DNA of 62,995 nt, counting the filler, from Sanchytrium tribonematis (lineage: Eukaryota): assembly GCA_018985235.1 (NCBI GenBank). It is 10 parts of 10 records of this genome, joined end to end, with 100 filler letters (N's around TTAATTAATTAA, not from the genome) between each part and the next. Parts side by side here need not be neighbours in the genome. Positions count along the whole stretch, not along the records: positions 1 to 24,438 come from JADGIG010000073.1; 9 more parts are not named here. One strand, 5' to 3'. Positions 1 through 12,000 of the stretch are shown here, one piece after another. The notes below the pieces were generated by a model, which worked only from the letters and a program-made list of their open reading frames with translations, was not told the DNA's origin and searched no databases. The stretch's first letter is position 1. Each line of letters begins with the position of its first letter. Both the position numbers and the translations under genes were made by a program.

Positions 1-3000
1 TGAGATGTACTTCAAAAAGAGCTTCAATATTTCTACCTGTATATCCTGTTTCAACAAACTTTGCTAACGCTTCAACATCGGCTTTCATTTCAACAACACA
101 CTGCTCTATTTTCTTAAAGTTCTCAACAACACTTTCCAAATTCATAGAATTGACAGCCAAAATCGATAGATTTTTAATCCAGTCAAAATTAATTTGCTTC
201 GCGTCAGAGGACTTTTCAGAATTCAAAAGTTGTTTCAGTTTGATGTATATGTTTTGTAATTGCATGTTGGAAATGCTAGATGCAACACTTGGGTCAAGTT
301 CAACGACTATTGGATTGTCATTTTTAAACGATTTTAAATGGGTGAAAATATCCTGAAGGTTTCGCACTTCAACAGTTTTGATATTTTCTTGAAAACAAAG
401 ATTAAAATCTTTTTGAAATATAGTAGAAGAAAACAATTTTTTAGCAAAAATGTGTAGAACATCAACGTCAAATTTGTGAAGGATCTTAGGTCCATAAATG
501 ATCTTTGTAATATACTCAATAAACATTTGATAATCAATTTGATTGAGATTTACATTTGTAGATTTTAGGGAAAGTTGATTTAGAAACTTGAAAACTGCCT
601 CAATATCACTTTCATTTAAATCGTATTTGTAATGCATGCCTATTGGATAAAAATTGAGTCGCTGCATCAAAATACAATGTAACCAAAGAAAATGAAACAA
701 AAGTCTATAGTATTCCACAGGCAATTGAATATTTGGAACGAAGTTTAATACGTTTGAGATTTGAGAACTTAATTTTGACTCTTCTTCAATCTGAATAACT
801 TTGCAAGACTCTAAAAGATTGATTGGAAAATTAATGGGTTTGGACGTAAATATTACCTGCTTCTTATTGACTGCAAACTTATTTGCCAAATTATGGATAA
901 ATTGAGGTGCCAGCTCGCAATTTTTGAATAAAATTGGCTGATTTTGCTGCAAACTTGAAACGGCATCTTGTTCACTTTGTTTTGTACCAAAACATACGGA
1001 TTTAATACTAACTTTCTGTTGGATTTGCATGCTGACATCTCTTTCGCTAATGACAATCAAAGATTGAGAGGATGATTCAATGTGACCTCTTAAAATTTCA
1101 TTTTTGTTGACAGACAAGTCCAATCCCAGTCTTTGAGCAAAATCAATTAACGCAGATTCAAATAGTTCAGGCTGATTGATCTTAATTTGAAGCAATGGGT
1201 TGGATTTGTCATTTGAAACTCCATTTAAAACATCCATTATGATCCCATCTTTGGAGTAATAATCTGAAAATGTTATCAAAGTATAGAGCATGTACAGTAT
1301 GATATCATTTTTAAGCAAACGTGAACCAAAGGATTTAAAGTAATGATTTGTGAATCTAATACTTAAATGAAGGTCATCAATATTTGCGCTAACTGCAAAG
1401 TCTAATGATTCCAAAAACAGATTATCATAGGTATGGTAATTCGCATTAAATTGTGCAAATTCTTTTGAAATGATGTATAATTTTGAGACATAATCTGAAA
1501 AGATATCAAAATCATTATAAGCCTGTTGAATAGTTTGAAAAACCTTTTCGGACTGCTGCATTTTTTCAATAATATTATTACTTTCAGACTTGAGAAGATG
1601 TAGTTTTTTCAACAATGCTTCATCCTGTAATATATTACCTTGAGATTCATTTAATGCTTTAAGCAAATCTTGTTCAAGTAATTGCAGCTGTTGCTCATAC
1701 TTTAATTGTGCTTGCAAAATTTCTTTTCTTTGTGTATTCAACTGAGGAGATTTTTTTATGAGAACTTTCTCTAGAGAAAGCGATTTTAGTGACTCTTTGC
1801 TAGAACTATAGTTTAAGACCGATAATCTGCAAGAAAATGCTTCATTTAAATTCAAATTTTCATTGCTTAAAAGTAATAATGAAAAGGATGGTGATACATC
1901 TATTTGATTTTTGCCCAACTTAATCATCAGCCTTCCACCAGCTCGCTGATATTCCATATTGAGGTAAGGCATCAATATAGGATCTAATGATTCCGCATTC
2001 TTGACAATACAAGTATTTCCAAATCTAATTGAATTTTCCAACACTTTGACATAATTTGCATCTCCAAAGCTAGTCACATGAGCTTTCGGATATTTCTTTT
2101 TCAAACCAACAAGCGCAACGTCATTGGAATCTAATATAAATGGAGGATGGAGAGCATGTTTCAAAATTCCATAATTTTGATAAAAGGTTTTGTCTTGAGT
2201 GTCGATAAATAGTTTATCTTCTGCGGAAATCAGCAAATCTTCTATTGAAATCTTAGAGTATGCAATATTGTACTGATCAAGAATAGATCTCATGACTGAA
2301 ATTTGCTTCGTTCTTTCTTGCTGCAATAAAGGACCCAAGTAGGAAATGAAACAACTTTGAAGTATTGCATCTCCAACCACACATTGCAATTTCTCCAAAA
2401 AGCCATTCACTGTGGCGGACCAACGTTGTCTTTCAGCCTCAAGACCAAGTATCAATTCCTCGGCACGATCCACCTTGTTCTTTACACTGTTTAATTCTGC
2501 TTTAATTTGCTCAACCTCTTCTACCATTAGCGTATAATCTCTTTGAAATTCTTCTATTTTTGCATTTAATTCCACAATAAGAGATTGCAATTCTTGAAAC
2601 TTCTCATTTGAGCGATTGAATTGAGTTTCCAATTGCTTTAGCTCATTCCTCAAAGGTCCGACTTTGTCCAAAATTGAGCTGTAGCTTATTTGAGCAGAGA
2701 GCCAAGTGAACAATGGCCCACAAGCTTTAGAAGCCCTATTGACGACATCAAAATTGAAATTTGGATCATTTAGATAATCCTCAATTATTTTTTGCCTTGT
2801 TGTGACAGATAGAGTATCAGTATTATAGTTGACTACACTGGATATGAAATCGTCTCTTCGAATAATTTGCTGAACAACTTTCCACTGATCTGGTTTCGTA
2901 CCTAACATGTAACAAATACATTCCATAGTTAGCTTGATGGCTTGAGGCGGGTTTTGCATACTTCTGATTTCAGTCAGATGTTGTTTCTTGATTTCCGATA

Positions 3001-6000
3001 CGCTCTGCTTAGCCAACTCCACTGCTGGTTCAGCCTGTGACAGTTCAGCCTCTACAATGACTTTTCTAGATTGAATTTGCTCTTGTTTTTCGCGCAAATC
3101 TTCACTAATAGCTAAGCTTTCAGATTTTTTCAGTTCTGCCTCTTGCTGCTTTTGAACCATTTCTTTGAGCTTATTATTTGCAAGTATTTGCTTTGATTGT
3201 AGGTTCTCGTTTTTTACACTCAGGTCTTGTTTAAGATTTGCAACATATTCCACACTTGAATTTAATTTTTCTAGACCGGTATTTAGATGCTGCTGATCCT
3301 GTTCAAACTTATTGACGGTTTCATTTGTTATAGTTTTAAACAATTTAACAGAATGTAGAAAATGCATAGGGGAGCAATTTTGAAGCTTCTGAATTTGAAA
3401 AATGCAACTCGTAATAAGAGCATGAGCTTCATCCAGTTTAAAAAAACTCAAGTCCATGTCTAGCATTTGATGGCCCACCTCTAGATAGCTTGAATCCGAC
3501 CAATCCCCGATGTAATTGACAACACATCTATTGAATAATGCTGGCGATTGTGTAGATTTAGCTTTCGCAGTTTCTTCTGTAAAAGACATTGTAAAAATCA
3601 CATGCAAGTGATCGCTAATTTGCTGTACAAACCATTTGTCAATATCAGAGGCTTCAGTATCGAGACCATCCTTGACCATCAATTCTTTACTTTGAGACAC
3701 TAATTGAGACCATTCTTCATCATCAAAAAGGCCTGGAATTTCAGAATTCGCCAATAAAGTATTCATTCTTTCAATAAACGCAGTGTCTGTTATTAATGCG
3801 TCATCTATTATCAAACTAATTTTTTCTCTTTGAATTGTACATCTTCTAAGCAAATTTTTGAGAAGATCGTCAAAATCCAGTGCTGTATAGCCATGGTGAA
3901 CGCTCAAAACGACAGTAGAGATACCGTTCATCCAAGAGGCAAACTGACTCAATGTTTTTCTGCCAGATCCGGGTACTCCAAATAAAAGAACGTGACCGTT
4001 AGGCTGTTTCAACACTCTATCGATTCGCAAAAGGTGGTTTATAAAATCTGGAGTTAGAAATATTTTTGACTGAGTTTCTTCTTCATTAAACGTTTTGATA
4101 CGCTGCATTAGGAATGATTTTAGCTCCACAACGTCTGATTTTATGTAGTGTCTTGACATCCAATTAGAAAATGTTAGATCTGTAGCCTTTGCTTCAAATT
4201 GAAAAAATTCCAACAAATTATCAGCTAAGATCTTCACACATAAGCTTTTTTCTTCTGGCATAATTAATCTGTCATGAAAAAGTCTCATTCCTTCAAAATA
4301 AGAGAGTTCAATTAGATCTTGAAGATTTGGATACAAATCTTGTTTGAAGTAATTGTTAATTCCCTTGACCCACCGAGTAAGCTCTCTCGGACTATAAATA
4401 TAATGAGTTTGTCTTGAAGAAGGAAAAGACATCTTGCATTGTGAGTAGCAACTCACCATAAAATTTGTCAATGTATCACTGAATTGAATCAACTCAGGGG
4501 TTTTGCGTAAAATGCATCTGTTGAATGTACTGTAAATTCGAACTAAAGATTCAGGGGATGGATAACCTACATATATTACTGTTAATAAACGCATTAATCT
4601 ACTTGACAATTTGACTCTTCCAGCATAACTAGGAGGATTTGCAGCCCCAACAAATATACAGTTTTTCACATTAACAAATTTTAATTGTAAAGGATCCCAA
4701 AAGCCATTTTGAGTCATAATCTGCAAAATAATACTTAAAGCGCATTGGGTCCCATAATTGTCTTCTTTAACCAAATTCATTTCATCACAAAAAATAATCA
4801 GTTTCTTGTTGTCTTTTGGAACTAAAACTTGACCATTGGGAGAGTTTACAACATCACAACTTTGCTTCAAAGAATTCAAAATTTGATTGACGGTAGTGTC
4901 AGAAGAGAAATTTAGACAAACCATTGAGAACTGTAATTGTTTCTTTAGAGCTCCGGTTAAAGACATTGTCTTTCCACTTCCTGCAGGACCAACCAACAAA
5001 AGCCCAGTTTCAGCATTTAGCAACACCGACACTAAATTTTCATTTCTTGTCGTGTCAACAGTAGGAATTATCATATTAAACTTATTTTCATTATTAAAAT
5101 CTAATTGAATATCAGGTAAAGTATCAAAAATATTCACCCATTCCATTCCATTTTCACTTAGACTATTTTCGTAAATGTTCAATGATATATTGCATGTTTG
5201 ATTAAAAACTGGTATAAAACGCGACCGATTCTCATCATCCAAATCTGCACAACATGCATAAAAGCAACTATAGCTAAGAACTGAACTACAAATGTTTGCG
5301 GCGTCGAGGTCTTCCTGCATTGAGTTCAAGATACTGATTGATTTTCCAAAAAATAAGCTAAAAAGTCTATGCAAGTAATGATGAAAATGAAACTCCATAA
5401 TGTGCTCTAGGCTACAACATACGTCGTACAGTTGTAAAATGACAGGAATAGAGGCAATTAGCTGTTCGCTGATTCTTTTAGCAAAAACATCATTAATTTC
5501 AAAAATTCGAAGATAGAGCTTATATATGTAATGCTTCACAAAATCAAATTTAGGAATAAGTTCAGGGTCAAAATATATAATACCGTTTCTACTTACAGTA
5601 GCAGGCGTGGCGTGAATCAGATGTGGCACTTCAAATATAATTTTTATATTCGGTGACATAAATATACGCTCACCAGTGGGTAAAGTCAAAGTTTTGTTGT
5701 CATCTAGAACAGAATTCAAATTTTCACACCAAACAGGATCAATATCACAGTCAAATATTATCCAATGATGAACCTCCTTTTCAGTCGCACAGTTTCGCAA
5801 GATGTTTGTAAACAAACCATCAGTCCATTCTTTACTAACTGGATTCAAAGAACCATAAAGTTGATCTTTTGATAAGACTTTGGCATTTAAGCGATGAATC
5901 TTCAACTTTTTTTCAGCTTCTATGATTTGCTTCGAAATCTCAATACAAGTCGATTTTCCAGTTCCCTCAGCCCCCACGACCATAAATCCTTGATAAATAC

Positions 6001-9000
6001 TTTCGATATTGATAAATTGACGAACCTTCTCCACAAAATTGATATCCGAGGTCAGAGATTCTTTTTGCAAAATATCTATAAGTTTAGTGTTTTGATGCGA
6101 GGTTTCAATCTTTGAATCAAATACACGCTGCATAAGCTGTTTGAATTTTAATGAATCTTCTATTGTTAATTTTGGCGCAACTGTCGCATTCAAACTTTGC
6201 ATAACCGACTCAGTCTCGTTTCCTGTTTGCTTCAAATATACTCCAGCATTCGTGAGTACGCTTTTTAAGGCTCTAAGGCCAAAATCATAATGTGGTAAAT
6301 TTTGGAGTTCCAAATCGCACAACTTGAATAAAGCTACCAATTTAGGCGCCAAAGCGTCACTAGATCTAAAACCATCACAATAGAGTAGTGCTTGAGCAAT
6401 ATCAATCTGATCTGGAGCTTGCATTTTCACTGGTCTAAATAGTTTTTTTAAATTTTGTGGCAAATCATTCCTACCCTTGTAGGTCGGATTCATAGTAATA
6501 AAGATGCCAACACTTGGCTGAATTTTCAAAGGCTGGTTTCCAATTATTTTCTCTATTGGGACTCCATTGCATTCTGATAACGAACCTTGAATATCTTGTA
6601 TAATTTGAGAAATACTGCTCATGTCATTTGGCTCTAATCTGTTGAATTCGTCAAAACATCCAAATGCACCGATGGAACAAAGTCCAAATAATATACGCTT
6701 CATCACAGCGAAACTAAAGGCTTCGTCACAACAAAACACCAAGCAAATAATTCCTAATGCATTAGCCATCGATTTGACACTTTCTGTCTTTCCAGTTCCC
6801 GCTGGTCCAGCAGGTGAAGAACCTAGCTTAGTGTCCAGTGAAAACCCAAATGTTAAATTAGCCTCATTTGTTAAATCGGTTCGAACCAACTTTTCAGAAA
6901 CTCCATAATATTCAAACTGGTATTGAAATGATGAATTTCCAATGGAAACTATAGGTTTTTCATTCGATATATAAGTTCTCATATACTGTTTCCATTGAAA
7001 TGACTCAACTGTTCCATTTTGATTTAAAACTTCGCCGACTGCTTTTCTCAAAGGAAGCAGCTCTTTAATCAAGTTCTTGAGCTTTTTTACAGTAAGATGA
7101 TCAGTTTCGTTGATTAAAAGTTTCAAAATAAACTCAACAAGGTGAGTAATTTTTTCAATAAAACTAGAATCTCTAGAATTGATATAATTTTCCGAGTGAG
7201 ATGTCCAGGATTTTCTAATCGCAAGCTCCAATATCTGATAAGGCTGCTGCAATAATTGAACAAGAGCTTCAGGTTTATCCCAAATTGCGTCCACAACTTG
7301 AACTAAACTTAAAAACGAACCGTATAGGCTTTCTTTAATTGCATTTTCGAACAATGAAAGAGTTGAGATGAGTGTCGTTACAGGAACTGGCTTTATAAAT
7401 TTTAAGTATTCAGTTTCGCGAGAATATATTCCATATATAACTTCATCGTCAAAAGACAACCTTTCGACTCCAGGAAAAAGCTTTGAAATATGCAGCTCAA
7501 TGGTTTTTAAATCTTTGGCATTACCCACCAGTTGAAGTAAGTCCTCATCACCAATGAAGTAGAACCTTGGAAATTTTGCTCTCTCCTTCTCTAAAAATTC
7601 AGTTAACGACTTCTGCAACTTCGATAATCCTTTTTGTGTTCGATCCAAGGTACTAAATATGCTTGGAATATTAATAATATCAAGAATGTATTCCTTAGAG
7701 TAGGCTTTTTTCATCACTGACACGAATTCACTATTATTACTTTCAAACAAAGCTGATTCTTGTGGCAATGTATTGCGTATTTCAACTGTACTAAACACCC
7801 CTTCCAGATGCATCCATAGACGTTGAACTTCGAGCATTGCGTTAAATATCTTGTATACGAGATTTACCTTGTCCACCCAATAAAGAGCTTCTTCCTCAAA
7901 ACCTTTAAAAAATGGCGAGGATTTCATACTATTTAAGGAACTGGAGTACTCTTCACAGCTTTCAAATAATTCAGAAACATTTCTAAGCAGATAACATTTT
8001 TTCTTATAATTGAAGCTGTCCATTTTAGCATTTTTAAAGACTTCCTTACATTCGCCTAAATACTGTTCAAGTCCAAACTCTCCATTTGCAGTAGTGATCA
8101 AATCTTTGTAAAACTTGTCCGCTTTGTTGATCTTTAGGTTCCAAATCTCAGATAACGTTTTTGGAATTTGTTCCGAGTCACCATATTTTTTGGCTAGAGT
8201 TTTAAAATGTCGCTCCTTTATCGCAGGAGATATTAAGTCAAATAAGACTGAATTATTAGCTACAAGCAATTCAACCTGATTTTTAAAGTAGTCTACTGGT
8301 GAATATTGCTTAAAAAATGGGGGCAAATTATCAACATTTGACAAAAGCTTTTCTAACTCAGACCTTACCCATTTGGGATCAATTTCGTTCCAAGACGTCC
8401 CACCCAATTTGCTCAACTCAGAATAAAAAGTTTCAACTTTTTCCCAAACAGACTTCAAATCAGTCAACTCAGTTATAACTAGCATCAGCTCATCATTTTT
8501 CAAATTTGGTAAATCCATTATTTCTCTAGCTTTATTTAATGCATCAAGCTCGTCAGTGTATTGCCTAAATGTATCGCTAAATTTTCTAATGGAATTAATA
8601 CTGGATGAAGTGCTAAAATCGCCACCAACAGGCTTACTCTGATCCCATTTAGAAATTGCGGCATCAATAGAGGAGCTCAATTGTTCCGATTGTTTTTCAA
8701 TAGATAACTTTAAATTGTCGTTTAGAGTTCGCATCGATTCTAATTTACGTTTATGAAATTCTTTCAAAGAGATAAAGAGAGACTCCAAATGCTCAAAATA
8801 AATCCAATCATCTGGATACTTTAAATGACAACGTCCTACGAATACATGCGCATTTCCAATATCATTCAGCAGCTTTTGCATATTTCCTAATTTTTTGGAC
8901 AAAAATTGAATGAAAATTAACAAAGTTACACTGTCATCTTTGCTAGTGAACATTCCAGGTATTTTCACAGACTTCAATTTCTCGGGCTCCTCCATCCCAT

Positions 9001-12000
9001 CTTTATACAACTTTATTGTGTTTTGAAATTCTAAAGTCTTAAATTTTAACTTAGATGAAAATACGTCCAATAAATCTTGTAATAATACATTATATTTTTG
9101 AGCCAAAAAGTCCTTAGCAAGTTGGTAGTCTATCACAATAGGACCAAAGACAGCTATACCATTGCTACTTTCAAGTTGACTTCGATCCTTTTTAATTTCC
9201 GACATTATTTTAAGCCAAACCCCAAGATCTTCACCAAGTTGCTGAACAATTTTATCCGCATTTATAGTGATGAGACCTTGATACTTTGACATAGACTTCA
9301 TGAAATTGTTTGATAATTCATAGTAATGTAAAATCAAGCCATAAAAATCTGAAATAATGGCGGTGTCAAGATACTTAGGGAAGTCAGAGACTTTAATGTA
9401 ACTTCTGCTACCTTGTTCATATCTTGAAGGGATAATATCAGCATTGAAATTCAGAATTCGATTAATTTGCTCTAATAGCCACTCTTTACTTTCTTGTAGT
9501 ACTGGTTCTGTAATTAAAGTTGAATTTTCAATTCTCATTTCACATTGAAATGCCAGGCCTTCTAGCTCTTGTTGGACTACATTGATTGCTTGATCTTTCA
9601 GACTTAATGAGGATAATCTGGCTTTTGACATGCGAGAATTTAAAGTTTGAGCCTTGCTATCTACTTCTTTAATTTTAACTTCAAAGTTTGAAAATATTTC
9701 TTTTGTTATGTTGTTGAGTTTGGGAAATACCTTCTGAAGCAACCATGCCTCATAAAAGTCAGTAACAAAATTTAGTCCGTCCAAATGCATTTGGTCGAAA
9801 ATCACTTGTGCTTTTTCAGACATTGCAGACATCCCGTTAAAATTCATCTCATTCACCAAATGGTTTAAATTCTTTTCGATTTCCATTACTTTGGTCCCTT
9901 TCTGGATTATAAGGTTACAAGACTTGATCATATCTTGGTAAAATTGGCCTGTTCGCTTAATATAATCAATGTTCTTATTAATTTCTCCGTTATCGCTAAT
10001 AGCAGACACACTGGTACTCAAGTCAAAACAATTTAAAAGATGGTTCCAGCTTAAATGGCAGCTTTGTTTGATAAGATAATAGAATGTGTGAACATACCTG
10101 TCTATAAGCTGTAAAGAACTCTTTGGAATTTCATACAATAGTGCTGTAGCCCGCTGAAATACGTCAAACAAAGAGATTACAAACGGGTACAACTTCTTAA
10201 CTTCTTTTGAGAATTGCTGAATGCTAATAGGAACCTGTACATTCATAAATTGTAAATTTCTACATTCTCTGTAAACATTTAAAATTTTCTTGGAAAAGTT
10301 AACCTTAATTTTAGGATCTAAGATAAAAATGGACTTTGAAAAGCACTTACTCAAACCGAAGTTTTGTAATTCTTGAACCCAACTATTCAAGTAGGTATCA
10401 ATATCAATTTTTTTCATAAAAACCCGATTTTCTTCTAAAAGTTTCTGACCTTCATAATGTGACTGGTAATTACCTAAAAGCAGTTTGAGCTTAGCAATTT
10501 GATTTTCCATTGTTTTTTCAACGTTCTTAATCCACATGACCCTTCCACTAACTGGAGGTATGCCTTTAGCTCTATGGAATATACACAATCGAGAAGACTC
10601 ATAGCCATTTAAATACTGATCTTGTAAAGCCTTAATCTGGGATTTAAGATATTCCAAAGAAACTGACTGAAATTCCAACAGAGAACCCCTAATAGTATTC
10701 CTACTTAAAAGTTGAGAATATTTTTCAAATATTGAAAGCATTTGTACAGGAGTGTCCGCGTTTTTTAATAAACTTCGAAGCATGTCAATGAGTTGTGTTT
10801 CAATTCGAGAAATTCGAGCATTGTAAGCTCCCTCTGCATTTATCAATTGTTCAGAACCTTCCACTGATGTATCCAGAACATCCAGACTGGTAAAAAGTTC
10901 ATAGGCAGAATCGATTTCCGCAATTTCGTTGTGCTCCTCCTCATTTTGTTGCTGTTTTATAATTTCGTCCAAACTAGCTCTGAGAGTTTCATGAGAAAGT
11001 CTCAATTGGCGGAGAAAATTAAATCTTTCTCTCAGTTTTTCGTGACCATTAGTAATTTTGTAAGGCACAAATGCTTCAGCCCTTTTCCGTAAAAGCTCTC
11101 TGCAGATAGTCCCAAATTCTTTAAAGTTATCTTCCCAACAATTAAACATCGACTCAAAATCACTGCATATTACTTCAAACTTGTCCTTTGGGGTTGTCAT
11201 CAATTTTTTGGAATTCGTTAGTTTTAAAGCTTGCTCTCCCACATCGCGACTAAGTGCTTCTAAAAAGTGAAGTAATTTTGAGACTGGGTAAGGTGCAATC
11301 TTTGCTTTTTTAGACATGTGTTCAAATATCATTTTAATACCATTGGACATTTGGCTGACCGATTCTGCACTTAAAAGTTCGCTGATTGGGAATTCCTGAA
11401 ATAAGAAGTTGTAACTTTTTGCTTGTCTCAGCGTTTCTTTTAAACCGGTGTCTTGAATGAATGATGCAGATCCGTGAAATCTACGCGCCTGTTGTAAAAT
11501 TAACAATGTAGCTGTGACACCTTGGCTTCTTAATTGGGTCTCAACATGTTCTAAGGTTTTCTCAAGATCTAACCAGAATGCAATTTCTTGAGCGGCGGTT
11601 CCACTTCGCGGATCTCTTTGTAAAGACATCAATATTTTAATATTTTTAAGCCATTCATTTACAAGTGACTGTAATTCGTTCAAGAAATGCCCATCTTGTA
11701 TAAATGTGGGCGGTATTATATCAACACTAATTTGCTGACCTTGAATATTTGCAGAAGACAAAAATTCAATGACTTTTGGGTGAATTTGCAAATTGACAGT
11801 GGGGATCTCAACATTGTTTTGAAGCTGGACTAATGCCAACTCAATTTCAGCTAATTTTTTTTTGGTGGTAGGAACGGCCTTACTTTGAATGTTATTTGTG
11901 GTCTTCGCAAATAGTGGATTTATGGCAAAATGAACATTTTGATATAACGATGACACTACATCATCTCCCGGCAATTGCATAAAAGACAATTTATCAAAGT

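Noticed and set aside
150..9289. Short ORFs of 60-95 aa listed in the track within 1-12223
   Set aside because: Antisense or alternative-frame shadows of the dynein heavy chain. The same applies to the short antisense ORFs over TFIIB, ZPR1, PRP43, DUF726 and other genes.
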